From Tetramitus jugosus (lineage: Eukaryota > Protista > Heterolobosea), in contig OW569375.1 of assembly GCA_937625935.1 (NCBI GenBank), forward strand, positions 310,001 through 374,000: a stretch of DNA of 64,000 nucleotides, read 5' to 3'. The notes beneath the pieces are model-generated. The model was not told the DNA's origin. It saw only the letters and a list, made by a program, of their open reading frames with translations, and ran no database searches. The position numbers were made by a program, and so were the translations under genes. This document shows, piece after piece, positions 22,001 through 30,206 of the stretch; position 1 is the first letter of the stretch, and every line of letters begins with the position of its first letter.

Positions 22001-22632
22001 AATTGGAGGATCATGTTGTTGATGATGAGTCACGTTTTGATGATGATACGAGGTTAACCTTAGCAGAGAAGCCAGTATTCGAAGAACAACCATCGTACAC
22101 TAATATCTGGTCCTATATTCCAATTTTGTACTACATTGATCGCAATGAACAAACACACCTGACAAAGTTCTCCATGTTTTGGTTCATTGTTCGACAGGCT
22201 TCCTTTATTAGATACTCGAAAGAAACAGGAAAGGAAGTTAAGTTTGTTCTATTTCCACTGTACAAGTATGGTAGAAGATCTGGAGAGTGGAGCAAGTGGT
22301 GTCTGTTCCCACTCGTACCAATCAAGTACAGTTATGAGGCTTGTATTTTGGTCAGAGAAAAGATTGTCAGGAGAAAAGGGACATTGGGAACGGGTACTGC
22401 AGAGGATAAATCACAGAGAGAGGAAGATATCGACATTAGATTCCTGTACAGAGTTGTTCGTTATCAAATCAAGGACAGTAACACCACTTTTGAGTGGAAT
22501 CCATTTTACAACTCAGAACGAGACAAGCAAACGGATTATTCGTCCTGGGATTGTATTGGCGGTTGTGTTGGTCAGAGAAAAGTACGAAACAGAGACAAGG
22601 AGTGCAGATGTTGTTGCTTCTTCTACTTCTAG
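19021..22632 (+). CDS. 1203-aa hydrophobic/aromatic repeat protein of unknown function
   Basis: Intronless ORF with dozens of short units such as FLWPFIY, VFPLFW, IFPLVW, LFPLYK; C-terminal CRCCCFFYF. Confidence 0.85.
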   Translation: MSDQPFKIKAWPFVDHVSTATRSQTSFLWPFIYHSREADGTVTFKINPLLLSIHKKPGHHMTLSFLFYSFYLNIVYGQFTTFFLLPLAMFIKVRHDRYWRRIVLLGGALFYGMFTGQYQKMIILPLLHFSKKDHKGSVHEKQMQVVFPLFWRYKSPTNSLLLILPVFWMFSNAKFSILHVWPFFGRQDRKDHYKYRDYSFLYPLFRVRTGEKDSELTIHLFWPIVKYSSKANKKSFRIFPLVWIRQGETEGRGNILFIYWSWRKNQVFRFGLFGLFHVSRDMSGKGDHVVIVLFLLIWIDDGKEHVRCFTWLHCSYYGEDWHRTWIFPLYFYDGHSLDKLLVVPFALLYYKYESAEKNMTLVQIPFVIYKSKDCPHEKHLYMWASGYILLREDLHPTYERVDIILPMLTFIRSYRYNNNETKDVWVSPLFRVLKSVDGQVHRNMTFLLPIFFVNHHKANNTGWSDIWVTPLFRSLYDSSSTSVKRIIFALPLFFVTRETRPNFTDLKVLTIAIFVWKKQTSLLACSPVFGIYRNEDGPAFWLLPFVFVRKQGKEDWDVVIPIVLFCYFNRDDWRLLVLPFATGVSFTKRHYVQAKRTESKTYLVVLYGLFVKVWSPRKMTIWVFLCLYHVVTTQDLVQVDKFTIFCPFLLPPYYIRMGDAKEASTVMLLPFFVKIKADHSLYILPPLIHLRLQNVKEHIVTVFPFFRYSSEHETGAREIRILFFFELALIKYAKEVFKGDQNIHFERIAFHIYPLVFWHKQYLLLHKQPKENIPVFNRSECDPVDPRTTFTLLGFAAGYGLFSATIDKQYHAIQVYLFLLFHIESEMGSLLAHVEPHNRVRLWAKAESTSDTFSFALFWLIHPRFSLLSYDSSSNDMLARRDVTTFYIALLFYISAENQLTDTSYSNTKTISLLWIIPSTPLIYRYSYYADGSAYQSLTYVFLLVFVQFYDVIEAKQMMKSMDVALFWFIHKNASLFYYSVEKIFLSKSNGEKELEDHVVDDESRFDDDTRLTLAEKPVFEEQPSYTNIWSYIPILYYIDRNEQTHLTKFSMFWFIVRQASFIRYSKETGKEVKFVLFPLYKYGRRSGEWSKWCLFPLVPIKYSYEACILVREKIVRRKGTLGTGTAEDKSQREEDIDIRFLYRVVRYQIKDSNTTFEWNPFYNSERDKQTDYSSWDCIGGCVGQRKVRNRDKECRCCCFFYF

Positions 22633-22656
22633 ATCTGCTTTCAATTTAGAGACATA

Positions 22657-24606
22657 CTATTTATTTTTCTTTAGGGCTTTGGCTCGCACCATCGCAAACG
22701 GGATGGCCACCAGCTTGCTCTTATCTGTTGGAGAAGGTAGGAAATAAGCTTCCTGAGTAACAGTAAAATTCAATAATTCAAATCCATTGCGAGTCATCAT
22801 TAGTTCGATTTCTGATTTGGAGTATTCTTTCATTCCTTGATGTGCGATTGGATTAGGTGAGTCCGTTTTGTATTGGAATGTAATCCACGCTTCGCCATCA
22901 TCGCTCAACATCCTTCTAAGTTGGGCTAAGAAATGATCTACATCGGATAACATTTCTGTTGCCCCGCAGCATGTTACAATGTCAAACTTTGCTGACGTGA
23001 AAGGCAAATCGTTGTCCAGATCATGACAGATCACTGATGAGTAACACTCGGTTTCGAACGCTTTTTGCAACATACCAACACTAATGTCTAGGCCGACAAT
23101 GTTTCCTTTCATTCCACTTCTGCGCAACTCTTTGGCCACTAAGCCGACACCACAAGCCAGATCAAATATACGTCCCTTTTCTAGAATTTGGCGTGACACT
23201 TGACCACAGTTTTGTCGGATCCACTCGAAAACAGGGAAATATTTGAACTCTGTTGTAAATGCGACCCAGTTCTCTGAGTGTTTGTCAAATCGTTCTCTAA
23301 TTTGCTTCTTAGACATGGTGTCAATATTAAATCGAGTACCGAGCTTTTCAAGTCTCTTTTTGTCCAACGATTGGACACTGTTGTTTGATTCTTCAGAATC
23401 TACTTTGCGAATCGTACTTGTGCCTCGCGCGTATGCAGTGACTTTCTGACGACTATCGATAGTATGAGCTGAACTGTCTGCAAAATTGTGAGATATAGTT
23501 GCATCGAGTATGAATTGACGGTCATTTGATTCAGATACGTGAATTCTGCATACGAATTCATCACCAATGGTTGCACTTGAAGAAACAAAGTGAATCTTCA
23601 TCTGAGACAACTGCGAGTTCAACATTGTTGATGCTAACTGAAGTGAGCACTCTGCCAGAGAGTTAATAGAACCTCCATGAACCATGCCTGTTCCTGCCAT
23701 GTGTTTCTGATCAATTTTCATTCTTGATTCGAGAATAAAGCCTACACCTGCATTGGGATCTAAGTTCACGAGTTCAACATTTAACAATCGACCCAGTTCA
23801 TTGACTTGCAAGCAATGAATCATATCATTCTTTGTGCTGGTGCTCAACACCGAAACCCCATTAATTTTGTTCACATTCTGACTAAGTATTTGTGACCTTG
23901 ACAGTGCTTGTTCACTTGATTGCAAGTAGGACTTGAGATCGAACTCAGAAATTGGTGAAGATGCTTCCATTGCTTCAACTTGTTTCACAGGATAGAGATT
24001 CAATACAGTGCCTCTCACAAGACACACAGTGTTGTCATCGCTTGTTCCTTGACGTTTGACTTGAACTCGAGCATCCCATACTTGCATACTCTTTCCCTTG
24101 TGAATTGGCTTGGCTTGACACTCTAATCTTGCAGGACCTGATGACGCAGAATCAATACCACTCTCAACATCCAACGATGTCACATAGTGAATATCCAGCT
24201 CTACCAGTGCCATCCGATTAGAATCCTTGGGTAAGTGAGTAATCGCACCAATACCAATCGTAGTATCGGCCAATGCAGCCACAGATCCCTTCACAAGCTG
24301 ATTCAATGGCACATGCATCGAAAAGGGCTCTCTGTCAGTTTTCTTGCTGAACTGGGACTTTGTCAAGTTCTCCAAGTCAAAATCCCCCATGGACACATGC
24401 ATGTGAAGTGCATGATTGAGACCATTGTTCACAACAAACATGGGATTCATGTTGAACGGCAGTGCTGTTGCTTTTGGATCATCTTTTTCAATAACATGAC
24501 GACAGATCAAGTTAGTGGAAAAGGGCTTGAAGGTGGTACCTTTCAGAGATCTCTGAGAAGAAGCCAAATGAACACTTGGACGGGTCACCAAACGCATTCT
24601 GTGCAT
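22657..24606 (-). CDS. Double hotdog-fold (PaaI-like thioesterase) + class I SAM methyltransferase fusion, probably mitochondrial
   Basis: Transit-like MHRMRLVTRPS; hotdog motifs GSVAALAD...HKGKSMQVWDARV and MVHGGSINSLAE; methyltransferase motifs IFDLACGVG, GLDISVGML, FDIVTCCG. Confidence 0.8.
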   Translation of the reverse strand: MHRMRLVTRPSVHLASSQRSLKGTTFKPFSTNLICRHVIEKDDPKATALPFNMNPMFVVNNGLNHALHMHVSMGDFDLENLTKSQFSKKTDREPFSMHVPLNQLVKGSVAALADTTIGIGAITHLPKDSNRMALVELDIHYVTSLDVESGIDSASSGPARLECQAKPIHKGKSMQVWDARVQVKRQGTSDDNTVCLVRGTVLNLYPVKQVEAMEASSPISEFDLKSYLQSSEQALSRSQILSQNVNKINGVSVLSTSTKNDMIHCLQVNELGRLLNVELVNLDPNAGVGFILESRMKIDQKHMAGTGMVHGGSINSLAECSLQLASTMLNSQLSQMKIHFVSSSATIGDEFVCRIHVSESNDRQFILDATISHNFADSSAHTIDSRQKVTAYARGTSTIRKVDSEESNNSVQSLDKKRLEKLGTRFNIDTMSKKQIRERFDKHSENWVAFTTEFKYFPVFEWIRQNCGQVSRQILEKGRIFDLACGVGLVAKELRRSGMKGNIVGLDISVGMLQKAFETECYSSVICHDLDNDLPFTSAKFDIVTCCGATEMLSDVDHFLAQLRRMLSDDGEAWITFQYKTDSPNPIAHQGMKEYSKSEIELMMTRNGFELLNFTVTQEAYFLPSPTDKSKLVAIPFAMVRAKALKKNK

Positions 24607-24665
24607 GTTGTTTGCTTTTTGTTCCTTGTTGATAGTTCGACGTCTTTTGCAAAAAGTTAAAAGAT

Positions 24666-24736
24666 CTCGAGCACCGGGAATCGAACCCGGGTCGCCAGAG
24701 TGACAGTCTGGAATGCTACCCCTATACCATGCCCGA
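24666..24736 (-). tRNA. tRNA-Asp(GTC)
   Basis: TCGGGCATGGTATAGGGGTAGCATTCCAGACTGTCACTCTGGCGACCCGGGTTCGATTCCCGGTGCTCGAG: 7-bp acceptor stem, anticodon stem CCAGA/TCTGG, GTTCGATTCC B-box, followed by a T-run (Pol III terminator). Confidence 0.95.
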
Positions 24737-24774
24737 TTGATGATAATCATCAGATTACGAAACTAGTATAGTCG

Positions 24775-24791
24775 AGAAAACCTTGATTTTT
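24775..24791 (+). repeat. Left target-site duplication AGAAAACCTTGATTTTT
   Basis: Matches 25782-25798 (AGAAAAGCTTGATTTTT) at 16/17 positions. Confidence 0.7.
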
Positions 24792-25778
24792 GGCAGGCAC
24801 CACGAGTCGCGAACAATTGATTGTTGATCAACCTCTTTGTCTGAAAGAATTCAAGTGTGTATTCCCGAAGTGCAGAATGGGACCAAGATCATATGAATTG
24901 CTATTGATAATGATTTCGGCCATGAGGAACTGTCAATGTTTCTCCAAAAGCAAGGCTGTAGATGAAGCTGAACCTGTGCTCTACAAGGGAAGTGTGCAGA
25001 TAGAGAGCAGAAAGCATCTACAATCGATGCTCGATCTAGAGAGGATAGGGAGAGTGGATGCATGTGAACTATGGTGGTTGCAGAGGCAAGCAAATAACAG
25101 TGGAGTCGACTTTGGTTTCTTGAAGTACCCTCATGTTGTCGACCGAAAGCTGGAATGGTTCCAAGCACAGGTCCGAAGTGGCACATTACACACAGAAGAA
25201 GTAGTTCATTACCTTTACAACACATCTGGGAAGTCCAAAAAGTGTGTGTGGTGTCAGATTGAAGCTGAGAGTGTCCTTCACTGTCTGATTCGATGCCCCA
25301 GAGCAGTGAAATGCCGAAGATTACTTGCAATGACAGTAGGAGACGAGTTAGTGGAGTTAGGAGTGGCACGACAGAGTTATATCGACATATGGTTTGACAA
25401 CTTGCGACTGATGGAAGGCAAGTTGTCGCGAAGACCTATAAGGAAAACTAGCCAAGAATACCTTCAAGGAATGATGGGCATCGAGGTAGATGCCAACGAG
25501 CAGGTAACAGATGGATTGGTGCTCAACGGGATGAAGAAGTCAATAGCCGCAAAAAAAGCAAAAACATTCGTGAACAGTGTGAAGCGGAGATGTCTCACGA
25601 CCCTCCATCAACTGTTCACGTCAACCAAGGAGAAACAGAAGCAATGAGGCTCTACGAGCCTCATTGGGAAATAATGTACAGATAACCAGGGCCAACGTAG
25701 AGCCTCATTGCTCGAGCGCTGGCTAATGCAAACGAAAGACAATAAAAAGAGTAACTGCAATGGTTGTATTAAAAAAAA
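24792..25778 (+). mobile_element. 5'-truncated non-LTR retrotransposon (L1/Tx1-like ORF2 C-terminus) upstream of tRNA-Asp
   Basis: ORF without a clear start carrying zf-RVT-type CVWCQIEAESVLHCLIRCP; AATAAA at 25741; A8 tail at 25771-25778; flanked by 16/17-identical direct repeats. Confidence 0.75.
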
Positions 25779-25781
25779 GTA

Positions 25782-25798
25782 AGAAAAGCTTGATTTTT
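25782..25798 (+). repeat. Right target-site duplication
   Basis: Starts 3 nt after the A8 tail; 16/17 match to 24775-24791. Confidence 0.7.
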
Positions 25799-26105
25799 CT
25801 TGAGGTGCACACATCATGTGCTTTAAGGGGTTCAAAAGTGTGCACTCGAGGTGTATGCTTGGTTCGAAGTTGCACCATCTGTTGAACATCATGATAACCC
25901 AGATGAGAAACTGTCAATGTGACGGTAGAATCAGTGTGCTGAGTGAACCGATACTCCACAAAAGTACTCTGCGCTCTCTCGAGCAGAGAACACCTCCAGG
26001 ATCTGTTCGATCAAGGTGGAGATGTATGCCTGATTTCCAAATCGATCACAGTGAGATACTCAGCAGTCCACAATTCTGCATTTGAGAAAGTTGGATTCCT
26101 TTTCT
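25799..26105 (+). pseudogene. Older diverged fragment of a related retroelement
   Basis: CFKGFKSVHSRCMLG...IMITQMRNCQC...EPILHK aligns to CLKEFKCVFPKCRMG...IMISAMRNCQC...EPVLYK with many synonymous third-position changes. Frameshift near 25980 (REHLQDLFD vs RKHLQSMLD). Right boundary uncertain. Confidence 0.7.
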
Positions 26106-26168
26106 GATCGATAACCCTTCCGCAGCTGTGACTGACGTCCAAAATGCACAGCAATTCCTTTGATCCCT

Positions 26169-26693
26169 TTATTGGATCCAAGAAAGAGCTTTCCCTGCTT
26201 TGGAAAAGGGAGAAACCATGCCCTCGCCTGAGAGACAAAATTGTAAAATAATGAAAATAAGGATTTTGTAAGGAATGTTGGTTTTAATGAAAAATTAAAT
26301 TGAAGGAGTACGTGAGAGTTCAGGATCCCATTCTCCTTGATAACCCTTGTTGCTTTTATACGAGGTTTCCTCCTTCTTCTTTCTCGTCTGTTTCTCCACT
26401 GTATCGTTAGGGAACTCCTTTGAAATTCGCTCTGCTGACATTTCTCTTGTAATATATGGAGCTTCATCTGCGAAATCACCCTCCAAACTCTGGGTCTGTT
26501 GAGATGATGTCGGAACTTCATTATCCCAATATTCAGTGTTGGAATAGCTGGGTGGGACTTGCTGTAGTTTCTGTTCTTGTGATCCCTTCACATAGAAGAC
26601 TTGAGATGTCGTTGGAAGGGCTCTCTTGATGTGTCGCTGAGCCAATAACAAGCTCTGAGCTCTCTTTTGTAGTTGAAAACTGTTTCTGATCAT
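26169..26693 (-). CDS. Hypothetical, probably mitochondrial protein; likely intron 26311-26229
   Basis: Transit-like MIRNSFQLQKRAQSLLLAQRHIKR; AT-rich GT...TCTCAG segment; 3' exon frame uncertain. Confidence 0.5.
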
Positions 26694-26842
26694 ATTTTGT
26701 TCGTTTGTGGCTGTATGCTGTTATGTGATGTGGATCTTTTTACAAGCAATTCTCGGAAGCTGTGCAGGCGTTTCCTGGTTATTTTTTCACCCAAAACAAA
26801 AGCAAATTTTTAATAGCTATGCGGGCAACGTGACTACAGTTG

Positions 26843-28819
26843 TCAAGTTCTTGCATTGAATGAGACTGAACATCTGTCGTTCACACCTCTTACAACATAC
26901 TGAGTAAGGCTGGTTCTTGCAACGAAGAAACGTGCTTCCAGTAGCTTGGGACATGATTGAATGACCACTTGAACCAACTTTCGAGAGTGAATGCACAATA
27001 GTCGGGTAAAGTTAGGACATTCACTAATAATGAGCGATTCTAGATTGAAACAATCAGAAAGATTCAAATCCTCCAAATGCTCAACCTTGTTAAATATCAA
27101 TATCCTAACACTCTGAAAAACTGATTTGAGTGACTTGACGAACTGAACATTGGCAAACATGGGTGAGGAACAAAGACTCAATCGAAAATCGTGACACTCC
27201 CGACAATCAATGCTCAATGATTGTACTCTTTCCAAGTTTCGAAGAGTAATGCTAGGAGAGCTAGCAATTTCAAGTGAACACTGACGAACTTTGGGCAATA
27301 TTAAATCAATCGTCGAGGTCACTTGAGGTTGTGACTTTATATCCAAAATCTCCAACTGTGGTGCTGCCATCAAAAACATGAGCTTCAAGCTTAAACACCC
27401 TACTTTGATACTTCTTAGTTGCTTCATGAACAGAAATTGTGGCACTGCTAAGTCTTTCAGACTTGCTGCACTCTCATCTGCTGTTATTGTTGATGAAGAT
27501 TCCAATGATGATGGCACGATTGTTTCCTTCTTTGATTTTACACTGGCGAACGGCACAGTCAAACTATCCAGGTGTACTTTGTGAACATCATTGATGCACT
27601 TATCATTATCCAAATTCACTTTTTCAAGTTCTATTCGAAACGAAGCTCCATGATCAGCATTGCTCACAACCAAAGAACATACTCTGTTCTTCTTGTGATA
27701 TAAAAATTCACTCACTCTTCTCACTTGAATCGTCTTTGTTTTGTATGATGTGAGATTCAACGCACACTCATCGTTCAAAAATTGATTCACTCGTTGTTGA
27801 ATGACAGAAAAGGAAAAGTCCAATGGCGAACCAAACAATTTCGCAACGACACTATGTTGAACATCACACTCTCTCAAACACAATGTTTCCAGAGATCTCA
27901 CCATGTGTTTCGATTTTCTCCTGTCGGTATAATCACCATCATTATCGCCGTCCTCATCATTATCATCGTCATAGTCGTCGTCATCTTCATTATTAATATC
28001 AGTAGACAAAGAATTAAAATTGTCAATGATCCATTTGAAAATGAGTCGACAGTTCTTTGAATCTACACCAAGCAATTGAATACTCTTTAGATTGGAAAAA
28101 TCAAATAGACAATCAAAGCGCGAACGCATCAATTGATCCATTGCCGTTCGATCCAAAAACGAAAGACTCAACTTTTCAACTGGCAACCGAGAGGAAGCAG
28201 AAAAGCTTCTCCTTGTGGTGGATCCACGTCTATTACTGCGTCGCCGAGTGTAAAGTGGAGTTGCATCACTTTCACCTGTATTTCTATGATTACTCTCTAT
28301 CAAGTTTCGAATACACTTTTGAAACTTTTTCAGACTAGAAACATTTGTCCGATTCAAATACAAACTTTGATGGTTCAACAAAAAATGGCGCGAAAAAAGC
28401 ATCCATGAGTGACACACCAAAAAACACGATTGATCAGTGATGAGAGTGCTGTCGACATAGGAGAAGATGATGCGCAACACATCGTGATTCAAGAGAGTCT
28501 CACGAAGGAGTTGAGGATCAATCAGCAGTGTGACTGCCTGTACAGGAGACTCAGGAAGTACCTTTTTCCGTTTTGTTGTTTTCTTTTCTCGTTTTTTTGG
28601 TTGTTGTGTTGATGATGGTGATGATGGTGATATGGTTGCTATGGGAGCTTTGCTTGTAGTAGCAGATGATCCCGAAACTGGACTCGTAGTGTTGTTGTTG
28701 TTGGGTGATGAATTTGAATCTACATAGGTTGTGGTGTATGTGTGGATGACAGAATATTTGCGAGATTGGCGCTTGTGAGTGAGGAGAGGAGGAGCTTCTA
28801 TCTCTCGCTTTCGTTTCAT
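26843..28819 (-). CDS. F-box / LRR protein
   Basis: LLNHDVLRIIFSYV...CFLVCHSW F-box; C-terminal LEDLNLSDCFNLESLIISECPNF LRRs; basic NLS-like N-terminus. Confidence 0.8.
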   Translation of the reverse strand: MKRKREIEAPPLLTHKRQSRKYSVIHTYTTTYVDSNSSPNNNNTTSPVSGSSATTSKAPIATISPSSPSSTQQPKKREKKTTKRKKVLPESPVQAVTLLIDPQLLRETLLNHDVLRIIFSYVDSTLITDQSCFLVCHSWMLFSRHFLLNHQSLYLNRTNVSSLKKFQKCIRNLIESNHRNTGESDATPLYTRRRSNRRGSTTRRSFSASSRLPVEKLSLSFLDRTAMDQLMRSRFDCLFDFSNLKSIQLLGVDSKNCRLIFKWIIDNFNSLSTDINNEDDDDYDDDNDEDGDNDGDYTDRRKSKHMVRSLETLCLRECDVQHSVVAKLFGSPLDFSFSVIQQRVNQFLNDECALNLTSYKTKTIQVRRVSEFLYHKKNRVCSLVVSNADHGASFRIELEKVNLDNDKCINDVHKVHLDSLTVPFASVKSKKETIVPSSLESSSTITADESAASLKDLAVPQFLFMKQLRSIKVGCLSLKLMFLMAAPQLEILDIKSQPQVTSTIDLILPKVRQCSLEIASSPSITLRNLERVQSLSIDCRECHDFRLSLCSSPMFANVQFVKSLKSVFQSVRILIFNKVEHLEDLNLSDCFNLESLIISECPNFTRLLCIHSRKLVQVVIQSCPKLLEARFFVARTSLTQYVVRGVNDRCSVSFNART

Positions 28820-29100
28820 TTTGTTCGCTGTTCAAGTATTTTTTCGAAATCGCGATCGGGGAAAATTCTTTTTTTGCGCGGGAAAAAACTGTTTCCAATC
28901 GCGTAGGTATAAATATGGGGTGTGGTTATTTTAGTTTGGACAAAAACTATTCTGGTCAACTTTGTTTACAACTCACGATCATATAAAAAATACTTGTGGA
29001 ATAGGGCTGTGAACGAAACAACTCATACAGAAACAATAATCTGAACAAAGCAATAACACAGTAAACTACTACTACCAATTAAAACAAAAGAATAGAAACC

Positions 29101-29814
29101 ATGGTTGAAAAGAGAGCAGAAGATTTATCAATTTCTCAAGATATGATGGCTGATCCATCTGTCAACATGTTGACGATCAATGAAGGAATGAAGACCCAGA
29201 AGTTGAATGAGATTAAGGACAAGATTGAACACCAGAAGAATGAAGAACCTGTCGAGGTGTTCGTCAAGGATATCAAGGAGGCCGAAGCAGTCACCAGAGC
29301 CGAAGCCCAATACCTTCACTCTATTCCGGAGAATGCTGATGAAATTCTTGACAATGTCGATGAAATTGTAAAGGAAGTCAAGGGAGGCATTCAGGATAAG
29401 GGCGGGGAGTGGAAAGAAGAAGCAAAGGACTTTGCAAAGGACAAGGTTGACAACCTCAAGGAAACAAAGGATAAGGTAGCTGAGTCAGCAAAGGACCTCA
29501 CTTCCAGGACATCAGAAAAGATTGAAGAATTCAAGGACGTGGCATCTGACAAGTGGAGTGGTGCCTCTGAAAAGATACATCAATTCTCGGACAAGGCATC
29601 CGAGAAGGTCGGAGAGTACACTGAAGTAATCAAGAAGGACTTGACCAAGGGATTGGATGTCGCAAAGCACCAAGCACAAGAATTGGGTCACCAAGCACAA
29701 GAGAGGTACCACAGATTGAGAGAACAAAACTGGACTCACTCTCCATACTTGTATCTCTTCATGGGATTCTTCGTTGCCGGAGCATCTTATGCCATGTACA
29801 AGATGTTCATGTAA
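29101..29814 (+). CDS. LEA-like hydrophilic repeat protein with C-terminal tail anchor
   Basis: K/E/D/A-rich 11-mer-like repeats (AKDKVDNLKET, ASDKWSGASEK, FSDKASEKVGE); terminal TM YLYLFMGFFVAGASYAMY; TATAAA upstream. Confidence 0.7.
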   Translation: MVEKRAEDLSISQDMMADPSVNMLTINEGMKTQKLNEIKDKIEHQKNEEPVEVFVKDIKEAEAVTRAEAQYLHSIPENADEILDNVDEIVKEVKGGIQDKGGEWKEEAKDFAKDKVDNLKETKDKVAESAKDLTSRTSEKIEEFKDVASDKWSGASEKIHQFSDKASEKVGEYTEVIKKDLTKGLDVAKHQAQELGHQAQERYHRLREQNWTHSPYLYLFMGFFVAGASYAMYKMFM

Positions 29815-30206
29815 TCCATCCACTCCTCTATCCAGTCGTGCTCCACTGCATGCACAACTCAGCACTCCTTCATGTACAAAAAACAAAAATTTCAACTAAA
29901 AAACTTACACCGGACACAGAAATACTTCTTTCTCTTTTCAAATCTTGATTCTATTATGGAGCAGTGTCTATTATATTGATATAAGAAACAATAGAAAGAA
30001 TATTCTATTTTCCCTATCAAAATACCATGCGTCATCGAAGACCACATCCTAATTCTGACCAACAATTTGAGAATAAGAAAATTTGGATTGATGAAGGCAT
30101 AAACTTGGAAGTAGTATGGCATCTTTTGGACCCGTTTAAAAGACAACTGCAGTTCTGTGATCGACAGTATTCCTCAGAAAAAACACCACACCTTCGAAAT
30201 TCAAGT

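Noticed and set aside
24607-24750. N-terminal 48 aa of the 697-aa ORF in the track
   Set aside because: This is the tRNA-Asp gene read as protein; the real start is likely the ATG at 24606
25640-25740. HDV-like or hammerhead ribozyme in the element 3' UTR
   Set aside because: No CTGATGA/GAAA core or complete nested pseudoknot could be built by eye
24851-25959. Minus-strand ORFs as the coding strand of the duplicated segment
   Set aside because: Differences between the two copies are synonymous in the plus frame (att/ata, agg/aga, cct/ccg, aag/aaa), so the plus strand is coding
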